Below, one piece after another: positions 1 through 13,474 of a DNA stretch of 64,000 nucleotides. How positions within the stretch are numbered: the first letter of the stretch is position 1; each line of letters starts with the position of its first letter. The notes under the pieces were generated by a model. The model did not search any database. It was not told the origin of the DNA and saw only the letters and a list, made by a program, of their open reading frames with translations. The DNA lies in assembly GCF_009914755.1 (NCBI RefSeq), contig NC_060928.1; one strand, written 5' to 3'. The position numbers and the translations under genes are program-made. Source of the DNA: the human T2T-CHM13v2.0 reference genome, Homo sapiens.

Positions 1-220
1 ATCCCAGCACTTTGGGAGGCCAAGGCGGGCAGATTGCCTGAGCTCAGGAGTTAAAAAATTAGCTGGGTGTGGTGGCATGTGCCTGTAGTCCCAGCTACTT
101 GGGAGGCAGAGGCAGGAGAATTGCTTGAACCCAGGAGGCAGAGGTTGAAGTGAGCCAAGAACACACCTTCACTCCAGCCTGGGCAACAGAGCAAGACTCT
201 GTCTCAAAAAAAAAAAAAAA
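1..220 (+). mobile_element. Alu (S-like), starting before the window edge, with an internal deletion in the left arm
   Basis: ATCCCAGCACTTTGGGAGG...GTCTC followed by poly-A; jumps from CAGGAGTT straight to AAAAAATTAGC. Confidence 0.92.
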
Positions 221-540
221 GTAGCCAGGTGTAGTGGTGTGCACCTGTAGTCCCAGCTGCTTGGGAGGCTGAAGTGGGAGGATCATTTGAGCCCAGGAAG
301 TTGAGGCTATAGTGAGTCATGATTGCACCGTCTCAAAAAAAAAAAAAAATTAACCAGGTATGTTGGTGTGTGTGCCTGTGGTCCCAGCTACTTGGGAAGC
401 TGAAATTGAGAGGATGCTTGAGCCCAGGTATTAGTTTGAGGTTAAAGTGAGCCATATGAAGACACTGCATTCTAGCCAGGGCCACAGAGTGACACCCTCT
501 ATGAAAACAAAACAAAACAAAACAAACCAACAAAAAAACA
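221..540 (+). mobile_element. Two tandem AluJ/FRAM-like right-arm monomers
   Basis: Two successive TAGCCAGG...GTAGTCCCAGCT...GAGCCCAGG-type units, each ending in an A-rich tail. Confidence 0.8.
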
Positions 541-834
541 ACCCACCATAGAGAGGGAAGGTATAATGGTTTTAGGCATTTAATTTTTTGGTGTCACTGA
601 AGGATTTTGTTTTTAATTTAGATTCTTCGCAGGAAGAGTTGGTGATGGTGGTGATGGTGGTTGTAGCTGTAGAAGTGAGGAATGCATTTGTTTGGGGAGG
701 TTAAAGGGGACCATTTTACACTGAAAGATGAACGTAGATGTAAAACTAGTAGCTACAAGAAATTAACCAAGAATAGAGTGAGGCCAGAATTAGACCCTCA
801 AAGAACAGCAGATAACAAAGATATCCCCTAAAAG

Positions 835-1047
835 CAGCGAATATTTACCAGGTGTTTACTCTGCAAGAGAGATGGTCTTTTTTTATGTCCTTTACCTATT
901 TAAGCCCACACAGTACCCCTATCATGAAAGTGCTATTGTCAGGATTCCCATTTGACAGATGGGAAATGGGGGCCTGGGAAGTCCAAAACCACCCAGCCAG
1001 TAAACAGAGGAACCAGGCTTGCACTCAGTCAATCTCTGTCTAGAGCC
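835..1047 (-). mobile_element. MIR SINE
   Basis: CCCATTTGACAGATGGGAAATGGGGGC matches the reverse-complement MIR core. Confidence 0.7.
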
Positions 1048-3019
1048 ACCGAAGAAAAATGGGAGAAAAAATTTGATGCTGCAAAAGGCGCCCCTCAAAG
1101 ATAGATAATGATGCCTCCAAGTCAAAGGGAATCTGCCTGCTGAGAGGGGGTCACTTCTAAAGGCACTCCTTCCTTAAATGGAAGGCGGAGGGAGGCAGGG
1201 CAAGGTGACTACCCCTGCCTTAAGCATGGTCCTGGCAGCCCCCTCTGTGCATTGAATGGGGTGTGTCAGGCCAGAGTGGGCTGGGGCTTGAGTGTGGTTG
1301 GGGGGGAGTCCTGAGGCGAGGATAGTAAAGATGGGACATGACCCTGAGGGCTCAAGCTCAGGACAGGCTCAAACATCCCTTTCTTCCTGAGATGGGGTTG
1401 TCTGACTCCCTGGGGGAATGTGATTCTGTTTGCAGTTAAACCAATTTGAATTAATCTAGCAAGTGTCAATTCTTTCCCTCGGAACTGTGTAGAATGCTAT
1501 TCCAAAATTAGACTAACTAGTGAAACCTTCTCACAGGCTTCTTTTTACAGACTGAGATAATGTTTCGCTCAAAGATGCTGCTGGATGAGGCAGACCATTT
1601 TAATCACAGTGAAGCTTCCCCCCCAGGCTTTCGCTGCCTCTCCCACCTTGTGGGGACCTGCCTGGGAGAAGTTTCACACGCGCCCCCGCTCCACCTCCCA
1701 CCCTGCAGAACTGCTGCTGGCTGGACGCTGGCTGCACCTTCTCGTTGAGAACAGCTGCTGGCTATTTCCTCATTTCTAAACTTCCGAGGACAAGCTTGGA
1801 GTGCAGCTAAGCCTTTGGAGATGCTGCAGCTACTGTTCTGATCCTGGGAGGTGCATTTCTGAGGCGGACAGTCAGCACTGACAAGACAAGTTGGAGGGAA
1901 CGAGCTGGCTGAGGGCTGGGGAGCAGCCCCTCTCCTTGGAAGAACTCTGATGGGAAACAGATGCTAAGAAGGGATTTATGGTTTATTCCAAGGACAGATG
2001 AGATAAGTTGTGGATGCACATGATTTTGTGGGGGAAGCAGGGGAGACCCAAGCGGGACACAGCCAGCCTAGCCCGTCAGCAATGAGAAAGTGTCCTTGGG
2101 TCTAGATGGGTGTGCCTGGGAGCAGGGCTTGGATCTTAGGCATTGACGGTCACCATCTGCAGGACAGGGGCCACCAGTCCATGGATATCTGATCTTCTTA
2201 GGGTCCCTGGAAACAAGGGGGACAAAATGCCTGAAGGCTTCCTGCTGCTCACTCCTCCCCTCTGAGTCCCTCTTCCTGACCTGCTCCACACCCTCTGTTC
2301 TTCCTCTCCCGCCTGCTTCTCTTTTCTTGCCTTCTTCTCCACCCCTTCTTGAGTCTGCTCTGTTTATTTCATTTCCTTTTTAAAATGTTGTCAGCATCCT
2401 TTAGCTAAGGACAGCCATCAGTATCACTATTCTGTGTTATTTTTCTCAGGTAAAATGCTATTTTGTTTAGTAACCAACCCTGCCCAGCCCCCCACTCCCC
2501 GTCATGCTTCCTCTATTTTTACCCCGCACAGCCAGCAGCAAGACTGGGGCAGGAATACAGAGAGCACTCTGGGTTCTCCCCCAGCCTGAGGCCCTCCCTC
2601 GGCAGGACCCAAGGAGCACTACACAGCCCAAGGGCTCTGATAATCCACCAGGCCCCATCCCTCCATTCTCTCTTTGTCTCCGATACAAATTGCCTGGCAC
2701 CAGTGCCCTAGAGCAGGCTATAATGAGAGGTGATTATCCCATCCCTGCAGGAGAGCCCTGGGACAAATCCTCCAGCACTTATGGACCTGTTTACTTCAGT
2801 TACTACTGAAAGTCCAAGTCCAAGCCTTCAAGGTCAACCTTCATTACTCCTACCGTTTTTCCCATGGGGTTCAGAACATTCTCTCATCCGACTCATGCTC
2901 CCACACCTCTGTGACCCTCAGTCATTCCTCTGAGCCTCTGGAATTCAGAGTGTGTCATCAGTACAATTTCCTGTCTTCGTTCTCATCTGGGAACATTTCC
3001 TTCACCTTCTTGTTTAACT

Positions 3020-3745
3020 CTGAGCTTTCCCATGCAGCCACTATTACCCATATGTGGCTGTTGAACACTTGAAATGTGACTAGTCCAGATTGAGATGCGG
3101 TATCAGCATAAACACATACTGGATTTTGAAGACTTCATATGAAAAAAGGAACTTAAACTATCTTGAAGGATACTTAGGTGGGTATAAGATTCTGTGCTGA
3201 CGGGGCGCGGTGGCTCATGCCTGTAATCCCAGCACTTCGGGAGGCTGAGGTGGGCGGATCACCTGAGGTCAGGAGTTTGAGACCAGCCTGGCCAACATGG
3301 CGAAACCCCATCTCTACTAAAAATACAAAAAATAGCCGGGCTTGGTGGTAGGCACTTGTAATCCCAGCTATTCAGGAGGCTGAGGCAGGAGAATCACTTG
3401 AACCCAGGAGGCGGAGGTTCCAGTGAGCTGAGATTAGTAATTAACTAGGCCCAATGCACCACTGCACTCCAGCCTGGGCAACAAGAGAGAAACTCCGTCT
3501 CAAAAAAAAAAAAAAAAAAAAAAATTCTATGCTGTCAGTTCTTTTCTTGTAGCCCTTCAAAAATGTGGTTGTCACTTCCTTTTGGTCTCCATGGTTTCTC
3601 ATGACAATATGTTGTCTATATTGTATTAAGTAAAATATGTTATTAAATTGTTTACCTATTTCTGTTTGATTTAAAGAAATGTGGCTAGTAGAAAATTTAA
3701 AATTATGTATGTGGTTCACATTATATTGCTATCAGATAGTGCTGC
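3020..3745 (-). mobile_element. MER33 (hAT-Charlie), in two pieces at about 3020-3163 and 3606-3745
   Basis: GCCACT...ATGTGGCTGTTGAACACTTGAAATGTG and ATGTGGCTAGTAGAAAATTTAAAATT...GATAGTGCTG match the MER33 halves. Confidence 0.8.
3199..3523 (+). mobile_element. AluSx-like, full length
   Basis: Dimeric Alu with poly-A; TSD AAGATTCTGTGCT / AAAATTCTATGCT. Confidence 0.95.
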
Positions 3746-3748
3746 TTT

Positions 3749-4128
<380 letters not shown>

Positions 4129-4611
4129 TCAGACAAGGCCTAGAGGTGGGGCAGGTAGCTCCTGGCTCCCCATTGCTCTTTCCAAGCCATTGGTCATAGT
4201 ATTTCCTAAAACAGTTTTGATCTTCTGAAACTCATGCCATCAAACTAGACCTGCCTTTACCTCTTCACATTGCAATTCTCTACCATTCTCCTGGTTACTC
4301 CTTCCCCTCTTATTGACGATCTTCGTGTCCGGTTCACTGTTGTTCCTACCATCTTGACTCTGGGCATCATTCTTGTCATTGGCATGCCCCTAGATAGTCC
4401 ATCAACACCCTGGCCTCTCTGTTCACTGTTTTCCTCACTTATAATGATATGTCCTCCATCATTATATCCTCAGCCACCTACTTTAATGGTCGTATCTTTG
4501 TCATCGCCTATGGTTTCACAACCTCCAAAATCTTAATTTCAAGCGTCCCATTCTTTGAATTCTATCTCTTATGTTTATGGCTTATTTCCTCTAGGCTCCC
4601 CATTTCAACAC

Positions 4612-4775
4612 TTTTTTTGTTGTTGTCGAGGTATTGCTATGTTGCTTAGGCTGGAGTGCAGTAGTGTGATCAGAGCTCACTGCAGCCTTGAACTCCTGGG
4701 CTCAAGCAATTCCCCCATCTCAGGTTCCTGAGTAGCCAGGATTACAGGCATGTGCCACCATGCCCAACTCATTTA
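4612..4775 (-). mobile_element. FAM/FRAM-like Alu monomer
   Basis: Poly-T, then GGCTGGAGTGCAGT...CCTGGGCTCAAGCAAT...ATTACAGGC. Confidence 0.85.
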
Positions 4776-5444
4776 TTGATTCCATTGGTACTTCCAATTA
4801 ATTGATTCTATCAGCTTTTCACTTATGTATCTTAGAGTCTGTGGTTCATCATTGCAATTACTCCTTGCATATATCTTTAAGACCCTTTTATCCCCGCCTC
4901 TTTCCTTAGACCTTCTGGCAAACCCCTGAACCTGATTGAATTCAATTTTCCCTAACATCTATAACCAAGCAGCTACCATGGCCAGAAAATGACGACAACA
5001 ACAACAACAACAACTGAACTAGTCTCAGTCTAAATTTGTAACATCAAACCTTGAGTGCTCCTTAGCATGGCCTATTAGTTTTGCGAGGTATCCCCTTACA
5101 CTCTCATTTTTCTCCTCCTTCATGGCCACCAATATTAAATTTCAGCCGAGACCTTCCTTTCTATCGAACTGCAAAAGTATAATTAATCAGAAGAAAACAT
5201 CTACTCCTTCCATTCACTGAGTCAGTCCACTTTATACGCAACTGTGGATATTCTCCGTTTTCCTTTCACATATAATGGGTGAATTGACCCTACTCTTACC
5301 TAAAGCCAATTTCTCTACTGTGCACCATATTTTATTCTTTCTCAATTCCTACAATTCTTCTTTCTCTGTCATTTATTATCTTTCCTCTAGCCTACTGGAT
5401 TGTTCTCATTAGCATGCAAGTATGATACAATCTTTGCCTTCTAA

Positions 5445-5915
<471 letters not shown>

Positions 5916-6329
5916 TACATAGATTCTTCTAATGTTCATTTCTCAGTCATCTTCACTGAACTTTTAGCAGCATTTGATCCAGCTGCTTATTCCCTTTTGG
6001 AACACTGTGTTCCCTTGGCTTCCAGGGCTCCATTTTCCCGCTTTTCTTTTTCCTTCCCTAGTTGCTCCTTCTCAGCCTCTTTTGCTGACTCCTCCTCCTC
6101 TTTCTCACTTTCAAATGCTGGAATGCCCACAGGCTCAGTCTTTAGACTCTTGTTTTCTTTTCTACACTTATTTTCTCCTAGATGATCTCATACAGTTTTA
6201 TGGTTGAAAAGATCTATATATATGCTGAAAATTCTCAGATTTACTTCCCCAACCTAGGACACTCTGAAATTCTAAATGCATAAATCAACTGTTCTTTCTA
6301 CATATCGACTTGATTTCTAATGGGAACCC

Positions 6330-6448
6330 CCAGCTTTATTAAGAAATAATTGACAAATAAAGCTATATACATATATATATATAGTGTACAACATAATATT
6401 TTGATATATATGTACATTGTGATATGATTAAATCAATCTAATTAACTC
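6330..6448 (-). mobile_element. L1M 3'-end fragment
   Basis: CAGCTTTATTAAG...TTGACAAATAA...GTGTACAACATAATATTTTGATATA. Confidence 0.65.
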
Positions 6449-6671
6449 AAATGGGGATCTTGATTATTAAATATCCAACGCCAAACTCTTCATTATACTG
6501 CTCAAATCTCTTCCCCCTACAGTGGCTCATGTATTAGTACACGGCATCGCTATTCACCATGTTAGTTCTACAATTTCAACAACCTGGAATGAACTATCTT
6601 CTTTTCTCTCATGATCCACATGCAACCCGTCATCACCTCTTATAGACTCTACCTTCAGAATATGTCCTTTC

Positions 6672-6935
6672 TGCTGGGCACAGTGGCTCACACCTGTAAT
6701 CCCAGCACAAGCTGGAAAACAGCATGGGCCATGTAGCAAGACCCTATCTCTACAAAATATTTAAAAATTAGCCAGGCATGGTGACACATGCCTGTAGTCC
6801 TATCTACTTGGGAGGCTGATGTGGAAGAATTGCTTGAGCCCAGGAGTTCAAGGCTACAATGAACTAGGATTGCACCACTGCACTACAACCTAGGTGACAG
6901 AGTAAGGCCCCATCTCTAAAATAAAAGAAAAAGAC
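6672..6935 (+). mobile_element. AluJ with left-arm deletion
   Basis: CTGGGCACAGTGGCTCACACCTGTAATCCCAGCAC...GAGCCCAGGAGTTCAAGGCT. Confidence 0.88.
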
Positions 6936-7124
6936 AAAACTTTCTTTTCACCTCCCCCGCCAGAACCTATCCCAAGTCATCATCTGTTTCCTGCAATAGT
7001 CTCTTGAGTTTTATTCTTACTCCCCTCTATTCTATTCTCTACACAACTGCCAGGTTGATCTACTGACATGTAATCAGATCATGTCATGACCTACTCAGAA
7101 TCCCATGGTGACTTATCTCTAGTT

Positions 7125-8385
7125 TATTGTGGTGGCGATGTCTATTTGGGAAAACAGCATTGCACATAGCATTGCTTCCAATCAAGGAACTCACTTCACA
7201 GCAGATGAAGTGTGGCAATGGGCCCATGCTCATGGAATTCACTGGTTTTACCACATCTCCCACCATCTGAGGCAGCTGGCTTGATAGAACGGTGAAATGG
7301 CCTTATGCAGACTCAGCTGACACAGTTTCAGGACCCGCTAGGTGACAATACCTTGCGGGGCTGGGCAAAGTGCCCTCCAGAAGGCTGTATGTGCTCTGAA
7401 TCAGCATCCAATATATGTTGCTGTTTCTCCCATGGGCAGAATTTACGGGTTCAAAAATCAAGGGGTGGAAATGGGAGTGGTACCATTCACTATTACTCTC
7501 AGTAACCGACTAGCAAGATTTTTGCTTCCTATTCCTGAGAACTTATGGTCTACTGGCCTAGAGGTCTTAGTTTCAAAGGGAGAAATGCTTCCACCAGGAG
7601 ATATATTGATTCCATTGAACTGGGAGTTAAGATAGCTGCCTGGCTACTTTGGGTTTCTCATGCCTCTGAGTCGACAGGCAAAGAAGGGAGTTATGATATT
7701 GACTAGGGTGATTCCTGATTACCAAGAGAAAATCTGACTGCTACTCCACAGTGGAGGTAAGGAAGAATATGCCTGGAATACAGGTGGTCCCTTAGGGCAT
7801 CTCTTACTATTACCATATCCTATGATTAAGGTCAATGGAAATCCATGACAACCCCTGCAAGGCAGGCCTCATAGACTATACCCTTCTGAAATGAAGGTTT
7901 GGGTCTCCCCACCATGTAAAGGACTACAACTAGCTAAGGTGCTTACTGAAGGTAAAGGGAATATAGAATGGTTAGTGGAAGAAGATAGTTATAAAACCAT
8001 GACCATATAACCAGTTACAGAAATAGAGACTGTAATTGTCATGAGTATTTCTGCCTTATATTTGTGTGTGTGTATGTGTGTGTATTAAGCAAATAACTTG
8101 TTTTATTCCCTTACCATGTAACATAGGATGTATTGACTTTATCTCATAATATTTAAGTATTGCTGATTCTAAATCCTAGTATTTAAGTTACAGGATATCA
8201 AGGAAAAGAGTAAACACCGCACAAGGACTTTACCTCATGTTCTGGAGAAGAGGTTCGTGTGTTTTGGTTGGATGTAGGATAGTTATACCATGTTAGGAAA
8301 AATTATGGCCTTGTTATTGCCCTTACTTGACGATTAAGTATTGTTTGAGGAGATGATTATGGGTTCAAATTGACAAAGGGTGATT
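7125..8385 (+). pseudogene. ERV-L internal remnant: integrase C-terminus plus dUTPase-like region, disrupted
   Basis: ORF 7342-7635 (ALQKAVCALNQHPIYVAVSP...GLEVLVSKGEMLPPGDILIPLNWELR) resembles HERV-L pol/dUTPase; stops and frameshifts; purine tract GACAAAGGG before the LTR. Confidence 0.85.
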
Positions 8386-8795
8386 TGTGATGATTATTTT
8401 TAAATGTCAACTTGACTAGGCCATGGGGTGTGTAAGCATTTGGTCAGACAAATGTTTGTGCCTGTGAGGGTATTTCTGGACAAGGTTAGCATTTAAACTG
8501 ATAGACTGAGTAAAGCAGATTGTCCTCCATAATGTATATGGGTCCCTGCAAACAGCTGAAGGCCTGAATAAAACAAAACGGCTGACCCTCCTGTGAGTAG
8601 GAGGAGATTCCTCCTGCCTGACTACCTTTGAGCTAGGACATTGATATTTTTTCTCCTTTGAACTGAAACACCAGCTCTTCCTGGATCTTGAGGCTATGGC
8701 CATCAGACTGGAACCACACCATGGGTCTTCTGCGTCTGCAGCTTACAGAGTGTAGGTCTTGGAACTTGTCAGCCCCTTAATCACATGAACCAATT

Positions 8796-8834
<39 letters not shown>

Positions 8835-8876
8835 ATATCCTGTTGATTCTGTGTCTCTGCAGAACCCTGATGCACT
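8386..8876 (+). mobile_element. MLT2 (MLT2D-like) 3' LTR, containing (GT)n at 8798-8832
   Basis: TGTGATG...TGTCAACTTGACTAGGCC...AGACTGAGTAAAGCAGATTG...GAACCCTGA. Confidence 0.88.
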
Positions 8877-9824
8877 TACAATGAAATATTCCACCCATGG
8901 ACTAAAAGGCTGTCATGACCAGGCTTCTGCATGCTTCTCCAATGTCTAACGTCTTCTCCTTGTTCACTCTGTCCTGCCACACAGGCCTTCTTCTTTCTTA
9001 AACAGGTCATTGACTTTCCCATCTTGGGGCCTTGACATCTGCTCTTCCCTCAACCTAGAAGGCACTTCCTCCATATCTTTTTAGTGCTTTGTTTTTCATC
9101 TTCTTGTGGTCTTTATTAAAGAGTCCCTTCCTCAGAGAAATTTCCTAACCACCCTATCCCAAATAGTACCCTGTGCCATTCTATCCCCTCTCTGTGTTGT
9201 TTCTTCTCCTTAGCTCTTACCACTTCCTTACATGATATTATGTTTGTTGAAATATTTGTTTATTTGTTCATTTTTTATTATACTAGCATGTAATTCCCAT
9301 GGAGTAAAGACTTCGTCTCTCTGTTTTCCTTGGCTAAAGTGACCCCTTTCAGGGAGGCTCTGAGATATTTACTCCCTTCTTATTTCTTGACATCTGTTGG
9401 TCATGAAGGTTACAACATTTTTGTATCAAATGATAACTTTTATAGCCAATCCAATTCAAGTGTTTAAACACAATCATTGCCTCCTAGCAATACATTTTTT
9501 AAAAGCCAATTAAACACTGTTATAGATGATGTAATTCCCTGGCTCTCCTTCCCCCACCTGCTCTCCCATTTAAGTCATTAAACTGACTATGTTAAACTTT
9601 TGAACAATTTCCCTAATACAGAATTAATCAATTGCTCCCAAGCAAGTTATTTACAATACCAAGTCAACCGCCAAAGAAGCATGCAAAAAGATACCAAGCC
9701 TAGAAGATAACTGCATTCAAAGAGACTTCCCAGTGTTTTCTTGTGACAACTTATTCATTTATTTTTACTTTAAAATTTGTATCAACCACTTTGTGTTGCC
9801 AAAAAATAACCCATGGGCTCTGCT

Positions 9825-10093
9825 ATTAGTGATGTGAACCTGAGTCCAGATCTGCAATTTAAATGTCACATGACCTTGGCCAGTTTTAAACATCTCTGAT
9901 ATTCAATTCCTCGTTTCTAGAAATGGAATACAATACTATCTACTTACAAAGATGTTTGGATGACTGTCTGGCATCATTTGTACGGAAAACTGTTTGAGAA
10001 ACTTTAGAGCAGAGTAGAAATATTTGCTGTTAACTAATATGTGTCTGGGACATAGTAGGAGCTCAAAATATTTTCTGAAGATGAATGAACGAA
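9825..10093 (+). mobile_element. MIR followed by an L2/MIR 3' tail
   Basis: TGACCTTGGCCAG...TTCCTCGTTTCTAGAAATGG; GGGACATAGTAGGAGCTCAAAATA...ATGAATGAA. Confidence 0.65.
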
Positions 10094-10339
10094 GTCATGT
10101 TGGTTATGTTCCTCTTGATGACACGTGGGTGATGGCAGTACTGATTTAAGGTGGGATTAACCAAAGATAGATGAGGGGCTATTTTACTGAAGGCCTCTTA
10201 TTCTTTGTTTGCTTTCATTGCTGTTCAATCCCACTGCCATTTTAAATCATCCAGAGCTAAACTTGTGGTGAGGGGAAATATTTATTTGCAGTAGACCTGT
10301 CAATTCTCTAGGTAGCAAAGAAAGGGCAAAATGAGCTAT

Positions 10340-10380
10340 CACACACACACACGCACGCACACACACACACACACACACAC
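10340..10380. repeat. (CA)n microsatellite, interrupted
   Basis: Read directly. Confidence 0.95.
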
Positions 10381-10704
10381 TTGCATATTATTCAATTATC
10401 TCACATTTCATTGATTTATAAGAATAGATATGCATATAAAATCTACCTCCTCTATCTATCATCTATCAATCTATCTGAAACCCAAAGATAGTTGACCAAA
10501 GAAAATAATTCAAAAAACAAAATTCAAAAAAGAACAAGAGTTCATCATGTGTTTGTGCCAGGATTTCAATTCAATAAGGGGGCTGAAGAAATGGATTACA
10601 TCATTGTCTATATTTGATTTTCTTTTGCTGTCAGTGAGGGTCCCGTGCTTCATCCTGATTTTCCTCCACCCTTCATTGTTGATGTTATAGCTCTGTTTTC
10701 TGCT

Positions 10705-10747
10705 TTGCTGTTGTTTTGTAAGCTTGCTGTTGTTTTGTAAGCTTGCT
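10705..10747. repeat. Exact 19-bp tandem duplication (TTGCTGTTGTTTTGTAAGC, about 2.3 copies)
   Basis: Read directly. Confidence 0.9.
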
Positions 10748-10848
10748 ATTTTCTATCACTCTGACTGAGAGCATGAGCCACCATTTTTCAAGAAATCTAC
10801 TCAAGTTATTTTGTCAAATGTCAATCCCATCCCCTTGAACTTTCTTAA

Positions 10849-10877
10849 AACACACATACACACACACACACACACAC
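10849..10877. repeat. (CA)n microsatellite
   Basis: Read directly. Confidence 0.9.
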
Positions 10878-13474
10878 CTCTCCAAAGAACCTTAAATATA
10901 TATTTAGTTCAGAGTAGCGGGGATCCCAAATCACTAAATCATAGTCCTTGGTGACTCACTATGACAAAGATGTAAAACTATTTTTAAATTTTACCTGCAG
11001 GTCAGGGAAGTTTTCAGCATGACACATACACACACACAAAAAAACCCCAAGAATCTGAAAGTGGACAGCCACAGGATAGAGACACAAACTATCTGAAGAA
11101 CCGAGAGTCCTGCACAGCCTCCACACAAACAACACTGAATGGCAAAGCAGGGCCTGCTTGGTGATGCACTAAGTGATGCTTGGTGATGAGGGTCTTTCCA
11201 GCCATTTGTAGATAGACATGGTGGAATACAGAAATCACGTTTCATCTCCAGTCTTGACACTCACTTGAAAAATGAAATCCTTTGCAAGACAATGGGGAGT
11301 TGGAACTGACCAGTAATAGAGTTGGAAATGGCTCTTCCAAAACAACTTTATCACTTTAACAGATAAGATATGCTGCTACTGAGGAGCCTGGCATGCATGC
11401 ACTGGAAACCCTCAGCTTCATTTCACTCACTTCTTTTTGCAGCTGGCCATATTTATACTTTTTATCAAGGGGGACAAGTACGGTCTAGCTCTGTTATTTG
11501 AGTTATAACTAAAAAGGCAGGCTATGAAGCTTTCTTTTCTTGGTGGAATAGGGATGCCCTAGAGTACTACAGGTCAGCACTGAGAGCTCTCTGGGAACAT
11601 CTTAAAACACCACTGGAAAGCTTGGTGAATTTTATCTGCCTCAAATGTTCCCCAATTATATAAATGTTCATCTCATGGGCCATATTTAGAGTGTGCATGC
11701 TCCAAAAAATATAAAATAAATGGAGGGCCCTCATTTCAGAATTTTGAAGAACTCATATTAAATGCTGCCAGTTTCACATTCTGTCACACCGTCCTCCTTG
11801 GGATGGGAGTGTTATAGAGGAGGTAGCCATCTGGTCCCTGTGATCATGACAGATGAAAACTGAGTATGTTGTATTTCTAAACCTCAAAAGGAAGAACTTG
11901 GTCTTTCTGCTATTTGATTAGAATGTTAAGATCTGGACTTTGATTGACGTGACGGCAAAAGCTCTGAATATACAAGGGCTGATATTTTAAGACATTATAT
12001 ATTCATCGAATCCATAAATATTCCCTGGATGTCTTCCTCGTGCCATGGCAGTAGACTTGGGGGACAAACAGTCACGTTTCTTGCTTTCATAAATCTTACA
12101 AAATATTACTTTCAAATCAAAGACATCAAAGGTGACATTCCTGCTTCTGTACTATTGTGGTCTTTCAAACATAGTATGTACAAATATAGAGATTATAATG
12201 ATGGGCTGCCAATTAGTTTTATTTCTAAATCTTAATAACATCTAGCTGATTGTTGGAACTTGGATATAAACAGTTAATTAGAAAGCAACTGCTAACCAAT
12301 TCACCAATTACCTGCAATTACTAATGGGGTAGAAGTCCATGGCTGTTGGTTTTTTAAAAAAAGCATTATTTTAGTGAACCATTGTTATGGAGTATATAGC
12401 TATTAATATAATTTATTAATTACCCTTAAACTGAAACTTAGAATGTTTAATTTCTTTGCAGGAAATTCGCTTTTGGTTCAAAATCTTTTAAAAAATGACA
12501 TGCAGTACAACTTAATAGAGAATAACATGAATACATCTGCCCCTTCTGGTCCATTTCTCCCACTTTGTAGTCTGCTGATTTTCTAGATTTTTAATGTGAT
12601 TTGTCTCACTCATTCTTTAAAACAAAATTTTGTAATTGTTGTGCCAATTGCATATTCATCTCCCATCTTCTAAGCTATCGTTAGTCTTCTTTCATTTACT
12701 CAGTTTCCAGAACTGAATTTGTGTAGATGGTCTGGAAGCAGTAGCTCAGGTGGCTCATAGAATTTGATGCAAAGGAGATTATGGGTGTCTGACATCTGCA
12801 TTGGCCAGAAGATTTGCAAAGGGACATAATCAGTGATCATTAGTTTGGACGAAATTAAGAAAACAGATTCAGAATCTAAAATAAGACTTTGTCACTTACA
12901 AAGAATTGCAGGGAGGAAAGAAAGGAGTGCTTACTAGCCAGTAAGTTGGAAACATCACATCCCAGGTCCTCCTCGGATCAAAATGGCAGGCTCTCCTTTA
13001 GGTATGAGTCAAATCTAAGCCCCTTTCTGAGAATTGCCTTGTCCCCAGCAGGGGAGAAAGGGCCTCCTCATAACCCACAGGTAGAAGAAGAAACCTTGTA
13101 ATACTCAGCAGGGGAAAGGGAACTGATTTAAGTTAGCCTACTTCAGAAAGCCTATTTGGAAGGGAATATTGCTTATTTGAAAAAAATTACTATTTTTTTT
13201 AAATAGCAAAATTATAATGACATATCATTGTACTGAGATTTCAACTTTAACTCCTGCACGTAGTGTTTTGTTATTATGAAGGGCTTCATTTCACCACTAG
13301 GATTTTGGGGAAAAAATTATCTAGTGGTATCTGATATTTTGTGTAATGCAAATGTCAGTCTCCCATGTATCTCATGCCCTCCAAGCTTCTGTGAATTGAC
13401 TTTCCTTTAGTGCTTAAATGAGAAGGTGTTGAGCCTTTCTTTAGAGGCCACGTCCACACTGGAGCTATAGAGGG

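Noticed and set aside
10991-11260. 89-aa minus-strand ORF in unique sequence
   Set aside because: Non-ATG start, includes translated (TG)n/T-run sequence, no recognisable domain
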